Positions 48,016-62,219 of a stretch of DNA of 64,000 nucleotides are shown here, one piece after another. A program made the position numbers and the translations under genes. Each line of letters opens with the position of its first letter. Within the stretch, counting starts at the first letter, position 1. Location: the NCBI GenBank assembly GCA_051362555.1, contig CM120645.1, forward strand, positions 21,824,001-21,888,000. The letters run 5' to 3'. Source of the DNA: Lingula anatina (lineage: Eukaryota > Animalia > Brachiopoda). The notes beneath the pieces were generated by a model. It made no database searches. It was not told the origin of the DNA and was given only the letters and a program-made list of their open reading frames with translations.

Positions 48016-51000
48016 TTTTAGAAAAAGTGTTTTTTCTTATTGCATCGCTGAAGTATAACGTGAAGTATATCTACTTGAGGCTACAGTCGTATTGCAGGTA
48101 AATTATATCTTGATCCCCTGCCGAGTCCGTCTTCTGAAAGCGCCTTAAAAGCAGTAGCTCGGTAAAATGTCACACTGATAGAGGCGGAGCACCCGTCAAC
48201 AAAAGAAGTTTGCAATCATCATTCTAGTTAAACATTGAGAGGGAGAATGCAACCACATGTTTAATGCTCAATTCGATATTATTTCTGATTGGCAGTTATT
48301 GCCAGCAGTTTGCTGCTGCTGCGACAGTTAGGACATTTCATATTTTGGAGTAAAACGACAGTCACATGGATATAGTTTCAGCCAATTGGAATGCGAACAA
48401 CACCACTTACACCATAATGACAAGTAACTGACAGTTTGAATCCTCGGTTATCTTGTCTTTTGCAGAAAGGGATTTCAATCATTGTTGTGGTATAAGGCAG
48501 AGACAATTTGTTTGGTTTGAATTTTTTAACTAAGTATGAAAAAAATGAAATAAAATCATGATTATCTAGATAACTGAATAAAGTTTTAGGTTGGTTTCAT
48601 AAACAAGTCCGAAATGACAAGTGCACTGACACACTGCCACTTTGGCAAACCCCTCCCGAGCATGGCATAAAACAGGGAGTTTGCTAGCAACACAACATAC
48701 GTGTTGTTAGCAATATGTTCAGACTCATTATGCAGGGGACACAGTACTATAGCCAGCTATTTTGCATTACTCAAGAATTTAGGTCAACTTTCGTAACTTG
48801 AAAATTTGCTTTTTGGTCCGTACTACAACTAGCTGTATAAAAGTTTTGAGACCATTAATTATTACTGTGAATAATGAAATAATCATTATATCTCTAATTC
48901 ACAAATTATCCAATCATTTTTTTGCAAGCATTTTTAAGTTAAAAAACATTTATCCAAAGATAAATGTTATTGGCTAAAATAGCTGTTATATCAAGGTCAT
49001 TTTAACTTTTCATACCTCAGGCGTTTTTTCCTTATCAAAGATACTTCTTCAAAAGCTCCAGTTTAATCCTAAAAAGGCAAACATGGGTTTCGAGTCGAGC
49101 GCTTCCTATTACATCATGAACATAAATGGATAGCTCGTAGTGCTTAGGATAACCGTTTGTTTACGACGTCACATTTTTCTGCTTCATGTCCTTTGTAATG
49201 TAATTCCCTTTGAAAACATATCACGACGAGAATTAGGCGGTTCGACGGATATAAAAGCGGTTACACGAAAACTAAGTTGACTTGGCCCTCCTTCATTTTA
49301 GAAAAAAATAATGTGATAAAGAAAAAGCTTCATAGCCTTACAGGGTATGATAGTTTCACCATTTGAAACGATACAAATGATCGACACTATAATACAGTAA
49401 ATTGTTCAGAAAGTCGTGTTTGAAGGCATTTAAAAATAGTTCGTTTTAACTGGTGAGGTCACAGGTCTATTAACACCACTGTGCAATAAAAGTGTAGTGA
49501 AAAACCATCAACAAATATATGGATATATATGTAAAACAGCACTTAATCGATTAATTATGATTTCAGTTCAGAATTTTGAGGAATATTTTAGTCAAGTGTT
49601 ATTTGAGGAACAAAAAGGCAACGGAATTTCAACAAAGCAACGGAATTTAAAAAAACATCAGAATTCCATTTATGTCTACAGGTCGTTTAAATAACACGTC
49701 CGTTGCCAATTTTATGCATTAAAACTAAATTATACGCATCACTGCGATCCCGAAGTCAACGTTTTTGACTGCAGGCGACAAAACCACCAGAATACTTTTA
49801 TTTAAACTTGTAATGAAGTTTCCCAAATTATTCTGATATCATGTGAGGTTTGTGGGATTTGGTCAAGAGGGGGGGTGAGGGGAGATAGTATTGCATAATA
49901 ACTGGAAGTCAGTCCAATAATAGTCTTACACGTTTGTTAAGACCATGTTATTTAATTGAATTTACTGATATATCGATCACCTTTACCGAACAATTGGATT
50001 TTTGACATTTCCTGTCCTGAATTACAGTTTATGGCAATCACCACGGTTTTGAGGCAATATATTGCTGCCCGGTTATTACGCCAAAAATGTGAATAGCTCC
50101 GAGAACTACATGAAATCTCGTTCCGGTCAGAGGATCATACACAGATAAAAATTAAGAGTAAAGCTTGGTTCTTTTTGAAGAAATATAGCTCTCCACTGCA
50201 TCTCGTTTCTGTTTACAATACATTGCAATGAACCCGTTATATTTTTTCTTCCCGATTCAACTCCCTGGTGAAAGATATAGCCAAGCTTTCCCTGAAAACT
50301 AGTACGAAAAAAAAAAAAACAAATCGCTGCCAATGAAAGTAGTTCCCTTTTGATTCACCCTAAAATATTGAATGCCTATTACATGATGATAGACTACAGC
50401 GTGCCAGCATGCAAATAATGGGTTAGCTCTATGGAACGTCTCGCATTGCAATTTTACTTCTATGCTATTTCCATGCTTCTTTACCCGTATGTGTAATTTT
50501 AATTAGAATGTGAAACTCGATATCTGATCACTTTTGACTTCATTTTTATTTTTGCTATTCGGGCATTTATCGCCGAATGATGAAATACAATATAACATTT
50601 ATGAAGACAATGGGTGTTACTTCGACCACACGTGCTATATCAGGTTACCCGTCTTTAGTAATATATATCCTCCAAGGCTCTCTCAATAGTTTGGAATCAC
50701 GACGATATCCTATTTCTACCGCAATTTAAATGTTTGCTGAACAATTTTGCCATGGCCACGTACAATGTAACAAAGCTTCCGTGCTGTGCGTGCCGTTAAA
50801 TCCAAGCACCTTTTCAGATCAATCGTGAAAACTAGAGGCGCATAAAACACTAACAATGCAACGTAAATTGTTTACGAATGGTTATCTTCTAAATAAATAG
50901 GCAGGGTAGGTTTCTTTTTCTTTTTTTTTTTTTCTTTACAGTCCTCTTCGTAGGCAATATGCTGTGCAATAATACTTGAAAGTACAGTCCACGGTTTGAA

Positions 51001-51396
51001 AATCACCCAAATGCTCATTTTTGCCATCCACAACTTCTTATAAAACCTTACATATACCTTAAAACGGTCCAACCCCCTTTCTCTGAAGCGTATTTGATAT
51101 TGATACTTCGGAGCTTAGGAAGATGGTCTCTGGTTATAATCACACAGTCATCAAAACTAGAAATCATCCTTTTGTTATAACGCGCACGATTATCCTTATC
51201 TATAGTCGGGGCTTAAATGTATTTGCACAAATACAATTGCAGAAATAGTGCCTCTCGATCTGAATTACGTCGGCGACATGCAGATATCGTAATAATTGTG
51301 AGACTGTTTTATATAAAATTCAATAACTGTTGATTTGTTTTAATTGCCGCATTGATAAGTAGTACTACTACTACGTAAGTTTTCGGCCTATATGTA

Positions 51397-51720
51397 ACTA
51401 GAAAAGCACTCCGAGAGCGCAGACCTCCGCCAAGGCAGCAAAGTCTCCTCCCAATGCCGTTTCACCTCTACATTTTCATTCTATAATGATTTAGTTTTTT
51501 ATTTTTTATTATTGATTGATTGATTATTGATTGATTATTGATCCGGATCATCACCAAAAACTAATCATCTGTTCCTTGGCCCACTTCTGAGAGTTCCTGA
51601 AAATTTCATCAAAATCGGTCCATAACTTTGAGTTATGTTGATGACAAACAGACAGAAAGACAAACAAACAAACAAACAAACAAACGGGGGTGAAAACGTA
51701 ACCTCCTTGGCGGAGATAAT
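51397..51720. mobile_element. HINE/DINE-1-like element, duplicated copy in unit B
   Basis: It is near-identical to 40953-41275 and sits at the equivalent position with identical flanks. Confidence 0.65.
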
Positions 51721-53143
51721 TACAAAGCAGCCAAAATAAAGGGGCAAGTCAGGATTATGCAAACACAAAATGAATAAAACGGTCATTATTATTGCGGAAT
51801 AATTCACCCACACATCAATTGGCACCGACTATTACAACTGGGACTCTCTACTCATACAAGGCACCGGTTATATTGTGTTAGGTGTACGGAGGAGAGTTGT
51901 GCTTTTATGTTTATAGGAACTTAATCATAAGCAAAATTGGTCTACGGAGAGCACAGAATAAAGAAAAAAACGTCCTTTTGACACCCCCCCCCCAACTCTG
52001 GCCAGTAGTAAGGAAGATGCAACAAACAGAAGTCTTCGCGCTCTCACGCTATGTTCTCCAATCAGGGATTCAAATTAATGAATTCGAGACATAAAAAAAA
52101 TGCTGATTTCCTTTTAAAAAGTTGAACTAAAAAACTGTAATTCAGTATTCGTTTCCTTATCTGATTTTTGTATGCACTGTCCTTATTATCAATTGTAATA
52201 AAACCCTTAGAGGAAATTCGTCTATATGCTAGTAAAATCATTTGGAGTGAAAAATAAATCAAAACTTTAAATATTATGTAATATTATTTTACGCACTGTC
52301 ATCATTTTTCACATATTGGGATTTTCATTATGTGAATTTTAACTCTTATAATCCTGAAACTGTAATATTATGGACCATGTTACCTGTTGTGAATGACTAA
52401 AATTGAGTGTTGATTGACAGTGCTGTTATAAGTATTATTTATTATTGCATCAAAATTGACAAAATGGACTATTTTCTGCATTTTTATTTTCTGCTTTTTG
52501 TCTGTACATTTGACAGGTTTGGTGCCTTGTTACATGTTGTGGTACAAACTGTTTGGACCAATCAAAATTAATCCAGTTAACTGACCATGAGGAATGAGGG
52601 GGAGGGGGGGGGGGGGTAGGTGATCCGCTTAATTACTTTAAGGCAGGATGGTCAGTCTCTCAAAATGGCGCAAAAACACAAAAGTGTACCACACAATGTG
52701 AAAAAGGTCTATGTTCCCTCTTTTAGATTCACACTCATGAGTCACAAGACACGATATGAAAGACAGAGTGTGCAAAAACACCGGGCACTTGCATTGCGCA
52801 TGTAACGTCAATAACAAAAGCTCGATGTCTTCTCGGTTGAACTACAAGTAAGAACTTTAGTTTTGCGGTTTTCTTCTGCGGTTTGATTTGAAATGACGAT
52901 TTAAATGTATATTTTGTAGTTGAATGTCCTCTTATTTTTATCTAATTTTAATAAAAAAAACTATGTTTTGTCTTTAGTCAGTTTACTTTTAAACTTTATT
53001 TTTACTCGTCTCGTGAAAGCAACTAGACATACATTCGTGTTTTTGGTACGTACTGAAGTAGTAGTACACTGTGGTAGTATATGTGCTTCTCACAATAGTC
53101 ACGGTGCTACGAATGTCCGTCTAATTAAACATTTTGACGAAGT

Positions 53144-53208
<65 letters not shown>

Positions 53209-53846
53209 GTGATTAGAATAAAAAAAGGTTAGAGGCAGGTTAATTGTTTATTTTCTCTCTTTAAAAAAACGCATTCATTTTAGACTCGCGTCTTGGAACT
53301 AACGTCAACCAGATTTCCGATGAGGTCGTTGCTATTTTTAGCAACGAATCACCTGAGGGAAATATATTGCGTTGTTTCCACATCACACATATTGTGCTTG
53401 GCTCATCTACGGCAATTTAATAAATTTCAAAACTTGCGTTAGGACACACTATAGCTTAAAGTTCCGAGTATCCTAAATATTTTGACTTGAAAGTAAACGT
53501 TTTAACTTCGGATAGGACATTTAGTAAGGACCTTATGTCAAAATGAAAAAGCAAAGCGGAAAGTCTACATTATGAATAGCAATTCCGTCAATGACATTTC
53601 AAAATCGTATTTTCAGCCTATCAGGAGCCTACAATGTATGTCCACGAAAACGGTCTCAGATTTAGATCCTATTAGCCTAGTTATGACATGCACCAGGTAT
53701 TCATGCATTGGAAAATTATCCATTTCCAAATTTAGTGCACATGAAGTAGCCTCTATTTTCTCTTTTGGTTCAAATAATTTTAAAATTTGGTCTATTTTCA
53801 TTCGTTTATGTATATGTTATTTATAATTTGGTATTTTTATTTTTTA

Positions 53847-53885
<39 letters not shown>

Positions 53886-54584
53886 CAGAGGTAAGATGAT
53901 ATCATTATCCATTATCTGGTTGTAATTAGGGTTGAACGAAAGGGTAGCTCAGACTCCTAGCTACAGTAGTTTCAAAACGGATAAATGGCCTTATTCAATA
54001 TCGAAAAAACAAAATCATCATATTCACCGCCCCCTTGTCCAGCCTCGGCAGTCAGTTATCTTGACACAGCTTGAATTGATCTTTCTGTTATAGTAGGATT
54101 ATGGCCAGTATCAGAACAGAAAATTTCGTTGATAATTTGGGGGGGAGTGGGGGGAATGCGGTTTACCCCGGGAAAATTCGATAAAAATGAGCTTTTGACG
54201 AGAAAATCCTAGCTTGGAAGGCCTTAAAGGTACACGCCTTAGAAAATTTTCAGGCATACTTTGCATGTTTACATGTACTGGAAAGTATCTTATCTTTCCC
54301 AATTCAGGTGACTGGTCAGTCTTTTAGAACTTTAAATCATTTAATAGAAATGGAATGAAGCATCGAATCCAAGTGCGGGGACGGGTCAAGGAATGCTTCG
54401 TGAGTAGGAATAATAACTTTTTCCCCGCGGAAAAATCATTTGTGTGGATAAAAACCGGATAGAGTACCTTTAATAAAGTCTTATATGAGAGTCGCCTAAA
54501 CGGAGCCCTCTCACTCAACACGGCAACTAAATTGTATAATTGTAATTCTAATTGGTCCAAAGAAACACAAATCAACCTGTGAAA

Positions 54585-54921
54585 GAGCCCGTTCAGAATA
54601 GAAGATCCGAGGATCTTCTGATCCACGGATCAAATATGGCGGACCCTACATGAAAGATTAAGAGCCAACTTATCAGCTGATGGTCACCCCGCCGCCACAC
54701 TATTTGTCCTATCCGAGGATCATCTGATCCACGGATCAAATATGGCGGACCCTACATGAAAGATTAAGAGACAACTTATCAGCTGATGGTCACCCCGCCG
54801 CCACAATATTTGTCCTATCCGAGGATCTTCTGATCCACGGATCAAATATGGCGGACCCTACATGAAAGATTAAGAGCCAACTTATCAATAGATCCTCGGA
54901 TCTTCTTTTCTGAATGGGCTT
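54585..54921. mobile_element. Rearranged copy of the foldback MITE, left arm tandemly triplicated
   Basis: It has the same termini and flanks as 44143-44436. The interior is three direct copies of ATCCGAGGATC.TCTGATCCACGGATCAAATATGGCGGACCC... with a ~107-bp period. Confidence 0.75.
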
Positions 54922-55997
54922 AAAGGGGGTTAAGAACCGCATCAACTTCATTACAAGTCAAGAACAGTTAACGCGTTTTAATGCTGATGCGTGTAACGTA
55001 TACGATGTGAAAGGGCGGAATTAGTACTTGCAATTGATCAATGAGACGACGCTTGGTTATCATGTTTGGTCAGTGCTCCATCATCGAAAGAGATAGTTCT
55101 CCACTCTAAATATTGTTGTCATTTTTATTTCAGTAGTTATGAAATGAATCATTGTTTATGTTTATTATATAGCACTGCCGTGAATTTTTAGTAACGTTAT
55201 GTAATTTATTTTTATTACAACATCATTTAATTTCATGGACTTTATGCTAACACTGATACCCATTTTGCCCAAAAGATTGGGATCCTTTCTTTTTTCATCA
55301 TTGTTGGGGCAATTGCCGTCAAAATCGATGGCATTGTTTATTGCGTTCCACGCACTGTTCTTCTGACATGCGTTGGGGCAACTGTAAGTTTGAACATGTT
55401 TTCAGGTGTCTCGATCCAACGGCTTTGGCCGGACAAAAACGTCAACGCCTCTAGATACAGCAACTCCATTCAGCACGTCTAGCGCCATTCCCTAGAGATT
55501 TTTTTTGTGTGATACATTTATATCTGACAAGAAGAATTCAATGCAACTCCACATACAGCCTGTTAATTTGTAACGTTCATATATTACAAGGGACAGTACC
55601 GGTATGTTGCTTTGATAAAAACGTTTGCTCCAAAGAAGTGCATAACAGTTTCTTGGTATCAATGGATCTCTGAAAAGAGGAAATAAGGAGACAAAGGTGA
55701 CCCCTATTGAAGCGCCCGCATTTAAAACCTGAAGCATATAGGGCACAATGGTGGAAGAAGGTCGGGCGAAAAGCTTTTTTTTTTATTTGCTTTAAAATGT
55801 TCACAAATGCGGTGATGGTCCTCAGACTCTTTAGCATTTCCTCGCTAATCGAAAAACTGTTGTTCGTCAATCCAAATAATGCGGTAATGGTCCTCAGACT
55901 CTTTGACATTCCCAAAACCTGGCGTTCGTCAATCCAAATAAAATAGGCCCATCATCTGTTAGATTGCAGACCAAATGTATTTAACATATGCACCTAT

Positions 55998-58582
55998 TTA
56001 AATGTTAGGTATATTCATATGATATCGTAGGTGGGTAAAGAAAGCGGTTAGCATAACCAGCCACTGGAAATGTCCTGGCGAGACAGAAGACGCGTGGCCT
56101 ATAGTCTCTTTGCCAGACGTAGGCGTGTTCATTATGGGTTCAGCAAAGCTGCGGCTCTTCACAACGCTGGTTTCAAAGATTACCCCGCTGTAGTTAAGTC
56201 GAGGGAAAATCTGATCAAGATAGGCATCCATTTCAACCAGAAACTTTTCGAACATCCTCCGGGCGTCACTGACACGTTTAACGCTCCTCCGCAGCCGAAC
56301 TGGTATCACAACGGTGATATAGTTTCTGTTGTATGATGGAGGGACGCAGTCAAATAGTCGGCTTTCCTTCTCCTTCACCCATGCCCCATAAGGCGAAAAT
56401 CTCGTCAAGTGTATCACTGCAAAACGCCGCCAAATGAAGGAACAAACTTGATCAAACTCAGAGCATGGCTCTTTTATCTGCTGTTTTGTCTCGAATTTGA
56501 CATGTAACCGGAAGAGAAGGTTATACAAAAGATGAAAAGGAGGTGAGCAGAATCTTTGTCCCGCTAAACAGCCTTCATCCGGTTTACAAGTGTCCTACAA
56601 AAAAGCATAAATGATATGGTTTAAGATATTGTGCAGTTGTAGCCGTCCCATCGTCTGTCTAAGCTAAGTTTGAACAGCGCTAGCTGTTCTCTGTTTTAAG
56701 TCTTATACGGAAATTTAACTGTTCGGTGCTTATTGTGGAATGCACAAAGATATAATTCAGGAATGAAGAAAAACAAAAACGACAAAATGAGCGTAATCTT
56801 GACACTTTCACAGAAAGGTGAAAAATTTGACGACTTTTCCCCCGGCCACTCAAGCCCCAGGTAAATGTGTCATACTAGTATTCTGGTTACACCTTGTAAG
56901 CTTAAGGGAGCTGTAAGACAAGCGTTAAAGCTTTCTTGAAATCTTTCTTGAAAACAAGTTATTTGCACTTACATCATTTTCGGCTCCCTTGCAACGCATC
57001 TCCCTGTGAGGATCTAAAACTGCAAAAAATCCTGGCGGGTCGAATACTTTGAATTGAAATACAGGTACATCTAAGAAAAATAAATGAGAAAAATTTGTGT
57101 AATTCTTTACCAGTACAAAGACTACTTTAAGCCTTCAATTAAACGTGGCAGTGAAATGTTCACATTAACCGAGTAAAATATCTTGATGGTATACTATATC
57201 TACTGTGAGGTATCGGGAACTGTTTAACATCGCGTAATGAACAAGAAATAATTGCAAAATTATTAACGTTTTCAGTTTCACCCCAAAAACTGTTTTGTCA
57301 CATATCGATGCAGCAGTATTTAAAAAGTAATGGATTTTAAACATGATGATTTTAAAACGAGTATGAATACTAAAAGAAAGCGGGAATGAACAATCCAATC
57401 GTCTACAATTAAACTACATGTATTAAACTGCACTGATAGAACACTTATATAATACCATTTTTGCATTTTTATATGTAAAACTAAAGTACTTTTACCTTCA
57501 TCGTTACAGTCTATAATTCTTACTAGAGATTCTGGCTGCAGGCGACAAATCCAACAGAAAATGTTTCGTACGAAACCGTAGCCATAGCGGCTTACAATGG
57601 TGGTCACTGAAACGGGCCCAGACTCACAACGGTTTTTAGGTTCGGCCTCTGTGTTTAATGGACAAAGCCCATCATCCGCGAGTATAAGGTCCTCGTGGCT
57701 TCCTCCAGAACCTAAACACGGTCGTCCCGAGTAATGGTCCGGCATATCAAAAAATATTAGGCAATCCTCCGTTGTCCAAATCAGATCCAAAATTTCATCA
57801 ACTGTTGTGATGTTTTGAAAATGTTCGACGCCTGTCCATCTGCATGAAGCTTTGGGTGTCCATGCTTTGAGTGGCCATACCTTGTGACAGGCGGCACAAA
57901 AGGTGTTTCTGAACGTGACGTTTGCCTCCACTGACGAGACAGGCAACAATAAATCTATGTCGTTAGTCCAGCCTTTGGACTCGCATTTTCGGCGAACATC
58001 TTCATCATCCCAGTCCCTTGGACATGAAGAGACGACCCAAAAATGTCTTAAGGAAATCTCCGGCATAGCTCCAGTTCCCTGTAACCAGCATTCAATGCCT
58101 TCTGTTTGTATGTCGATTCCCGTGTATTTGGTTTCCCTGCAGTAACGGTCGTAAGGCCAACAGCAGTCGCCAAAAACACCGCACAAGTCGTCGCAGAAAC
58201 AAGTTACTAGGATGACATCAGTAGCGAGGACGACGTCAGTTGTGGACGGGAGAACGCGAACACAGAATGGGACGTTGACTGTGACATTAAAAGGAATCAA
58301 TTCGCTCAGCACATCTGCCGCTGAAGCATTACCACCTTCGGTTTTCATTCTCGGTATATTTGGGAATGGGTGCTGAAAGGAGCCACTTTCATTTCCACCA
58401 ACTGTTTCGTGGTGTTCCCCGCGGGTAAAATTTCGTAAGAAATCTGGCGTTGAAAATGTGGCCGATGTTGCGTTACTTAAAGATTCGGAATTGCTTCTGT
58501 TGGCTAAAACCTCAGCATTGGTCGTAAGGAACCAACGGGAAAATATGAAGCCACATAAGGCCAGCATTATCGACACCCTCAT
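55998..58582 (-). CDS. SMB-like/Cys-rich extracellular protein, copy C, 3 exons, ~593 aa
   Basis: Exons are 58582-57496, 57070-56973 and 56594-55998 (1782 nt). Relative to copy A the internal indels are in frame (-6 aa, -1 aa, +1 aa), and the last few residues differ. Confidence 0.8.
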
Positions 58583-59474
58583 TTTTAGAAATAGTATTTT
58601 TTTCTTATTGCAACGCTGAAGTATAACGTGAAGTATATCTACTTGAGGCTACGGTCGTATTGCAAGTAAATTATCTCTTGATTCCCTGCCGAGTTCCTAT
58701 TCTGAAAGCGCCTCAAAAGTAGTATCTCGGTACATATAAACTGTCACACTGATAGAGGCGGAGCATCCGTCACCAATAGAAGTTTGCAATCATCATTCTA
58801 GTTAAACATTGAGAGGGAGAACCTATGAATGCAACCACATGTTTAATGCTCAATTCCATTTCTTATCTGATTGGCAGTTATTGCCAGCAGTTTGGTGCTG
58901 CTGCGAGGTTAGGACATTTCATATTTTGGAGTAAAACGACAGTCACATGGATAGTTTCAGCCAATTAGAATGCGAACAAAACCACTTACACCATAATTTG
59001 ACACTTTGAATCTTCGGTAATCTTGTCTTTTGCAGCAAGGGATTTCAATAATTGTTGTGGTATAAGACAAAGACAATTTGTTTGGGTTGAAATTTTAAAC
59101 TAAGTATGAAAAAATGAAATAAAAGCAGTACACTGACACAAACTTTGGCAAACCCCTCCCGAGAATGGCACTATAAACAGGGAGTTTGCTAACAACACAT
59201 TATACGTGTTAGTAGTAAGAGACGAGTTTTTTAAGCTGCAAATCTTTTAATGTTATTTTTAGTTACCCTTGAAGCGTAAATGAGGCGTTGCAAGCGAATT
59301 TTAATGACGAATGGACTAGATCCCCTTGGATACCTACGAGGTGATCTTTCAAATATGTGATAAGCAGAGGGAGGGGGTCTTATTTGTTAAGCGGAGTTGT
59401 CAACATACTAACAAGTCGCGAGCCAATGGCCTTGTATTCATCTGATTTGTCAACAATTTACCGCCTAATCATAG

Positions 59475-60850
59475 ATTTGCCAAGCAAAAGGTGAGTGGTT
59501 ACCGGGGTTTGACTGTTTTGTTGAAAATAAAGTAGAGTCATTTTATTTTACCAAAGATGGTGTTGTTGAAATGATGTATTATATAATTATTCTAATATTT
59601 GCTATTAAAATGAAGAAAAAACTGCAAAGTTATGTCATTCTGTTGCCTATAATTCCCCAATAAATATTTGCCAAGCAAAGGGTTGGAAGGTTAAGAATCT
59701 TTGTTTTGCTGAAAAATTGCAGAGTCATTTTTATTTGCCAACGACTGTAGAGTTGAAACGGTGTATTATATAATTATTTATTATTTTGTTATTAAAATAA
59801 AGAAAAAAACTGCAAAGTCATATCATTTTTGTTGCTCATAAATAGCCCATTTCTCGGCAAACTGTTTTATAGCCACACTGTTTGACCTTAGTGCATCTGC
59901 ACTAAACCTGAGGGGTTTAAATGACCACGCGATGAACAATGGGTCGAGATAGACCAAAGATGGCCGCTGTCTTATCGTTGAGTCACGGATATTGTATAAT
60001 TTTTCTTTATTCAAAGGCCAAGTTTGAAATGATTTATTATATAATTATTTGAAGAAAAACTTCAAAGTCATCATGTTTTGCTGAAAGAATTACAGAGCCA
60101 GTTAATTTTGCCAAAGATGGCCATTGTCTATGGTTGCTATAATTCACTTCAAAAATCAGTCCCCACTGCACCAGTGTCAAGTACTATGCTTGAAACATCC
60201 TGTAGGTAATTCACATGATGACAGCTCTGAGTTACGAGGTCTAAGGAATCTATTGCTCACTACTGTCTTTATCTTGTACCCTACTACGACTAGTCCTAGG
60301 CTGATCAAAGCTCCTACGGTGCTAGTTAAACCATCTGAAAAAAAATCAAAACGTACGCAAATTAAGCAGTGTCATTTATGGCTCAGCCACAGAATCATGT
60401 TTGATTTAATTTATTTTAAAGTCTCTAGGTTCCACATAAATAATTGTACTGATGCATTATATATCTGATTAGTTTGATCTACTCTTGAATTAAGTTTTAC
60501 TGATCTTCACAACAAACAGTAAAGCACGCACTCGTCTCCACTGCACCATATTATGTACTGGTACTATGCTTAAATCGTCCTCGAAGTCTGCTAATGTAGG
60601 GAATTCTAATGATGACAGTTCTAAGTTACCTGGTCTAAGGGATCTATTGCTCATTATTGCTCGTTTTTATCTTGTACGCTACCACAACTAGTCCTAGGCT
60701 GATCAAGCTCCTACGGTGAAAGCTAAATCATCTGATTATAGGCCTATTAGTAAAAATCAAAACATTGTACGCAAATTAAAGAATGTCATTTATGGCTCAC
60801 AAAAGTATCTGTACCGCTTGAATTACATATCTGATTATTGTAAAACACGC
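59475..60850. repeat. Two sets of diverged direct repeats (~190-bp period at 59475-59830; ~375-bp period at 60163-60850)
   Basis: ATTTGCCAAGCAAA recurs at ~59475 and ~59666. CCACTGCACCA, GTACTATGCTT and ACTAGTCCTAGGCTGATCAA recur in units starting at ~60163 and ~60538. Confidence 0.75.
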
Positions 60851-61597
60851 ACATTGTACGAAAACGCCGAGTCACGAAACTGGAATATTCTTAAGACATA
60901 ATATCTATTTAACTGTTCTGGAATCTTCTCTCTTTGTCTGTGGGAAAACGCAGAGTCACGTAGAATATTTTGGAATTATGAAAAAATCTCCGTCTTTGCA
61001 CAGAAATAATCAGACACGTCTGGGTATCATATGTTTGTCAAGCGGATTTGCAAATGTACAGAATAAATTAGTGTCTGGTGTACACGCGTCTTTCAAGTGG
61101 ATTTGCACATATCAAAAGTATTTAGTGTGGAGGTGAAATGAATACTGTATTTGAACGGACAAAGCAGTCAGCTGGTATACTGCTGTTTAACAATAATGAA
61201 TGGCGAACGTTGTTTATTGACAAGGAAGTACTGTACCCTAAAAAGCTTTTGATCACTACCGTGACTTTCCTCATTTGCATCATCTTACATAAATCGTTTT
61301 ACTATGACCGATAAGTTTAATTTAGTTGCAGTAGAATAGAAAATAAAATCATTAACAGCAAGAAGATGCAGAACTCGTTACAGAAAATAAAATAATAATA
61401 ATAATATTTATTTATAGTCTAAAATTCTTATAAAATATTCAGTAGACTTTACATGGGTAAAATGAACAGAAATGAAAATATAATATTTGTTATGTTGGTA
61501 ATTGATATTTATATGAATTTATATGAATAAAGAATGCAGAGACCTTTGTAGAATAGACTGGCAAGAAAAACGAAAATATATTGTGGTTTCTACTTCA

Positions 61598-61771
61598 TGT
61601 AGCAACTAAAGTGGAAGATGACTGTACGATTATGAAGACACAAGCAGACGACCGTGTATTACCGAACTACTTTAATGACTGATATCCCTACGCAGGATGC
61701 TTAGGCATGAGTGATGGGGCTGGTGCTACTGCACTATGCATGTAGATAGTTCCATTTACATCTCCTCCTTT
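61598..61771 (-). mobile_element. Polypurine tract and putative short 3' LTR of the Gypsy element
   Basis: On the minus strand the PPT AAAGGAGGAGA (61771-61761) is immediately followed by TGTAAATGG at 61760. An internal ATTAAA is present. Candidate ...TACA ends are at 61623 or 61598. Confidence 0.6.
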
Positions 61772-62219
61772 GTGAAAAGCTTTAATCACTGCTAAACTAA
61801 AATTATTAATGTAACTTGCATTAAAGTCTCAATTCTAAACTGTTACTTAGTGTTGCTAATAAAGTCTGCACAAAAGTCCTTCAAAAGTCAATCAATAAAG
61901 CAATAAATTGCAACATGAACTTATAACGTTAAAGTTATTTGTCTCATTATAGTTTTTCGAGTCTTTTAAATGAATCCATTTGAAACAGGGGTAAATTAAG
62001 AAAGTCTGCATTTTCCACTTTTTTTATAGTCTCCATTGTTCACAGTCTCTAATGTTCACATTCTTCTCCTTTACTCCTGAAAGGAACTGAAAATACTAAA
62101 AATATGCATATTGAAACAGTCCATGCTAGCCTGCATGTAGATCAAATAAAATGTCACTGCTTGTAATGTAAGCACAGAAAAAAAAACGCTAGCTTACATG
62201 CAGTATTTTATGCATAATT

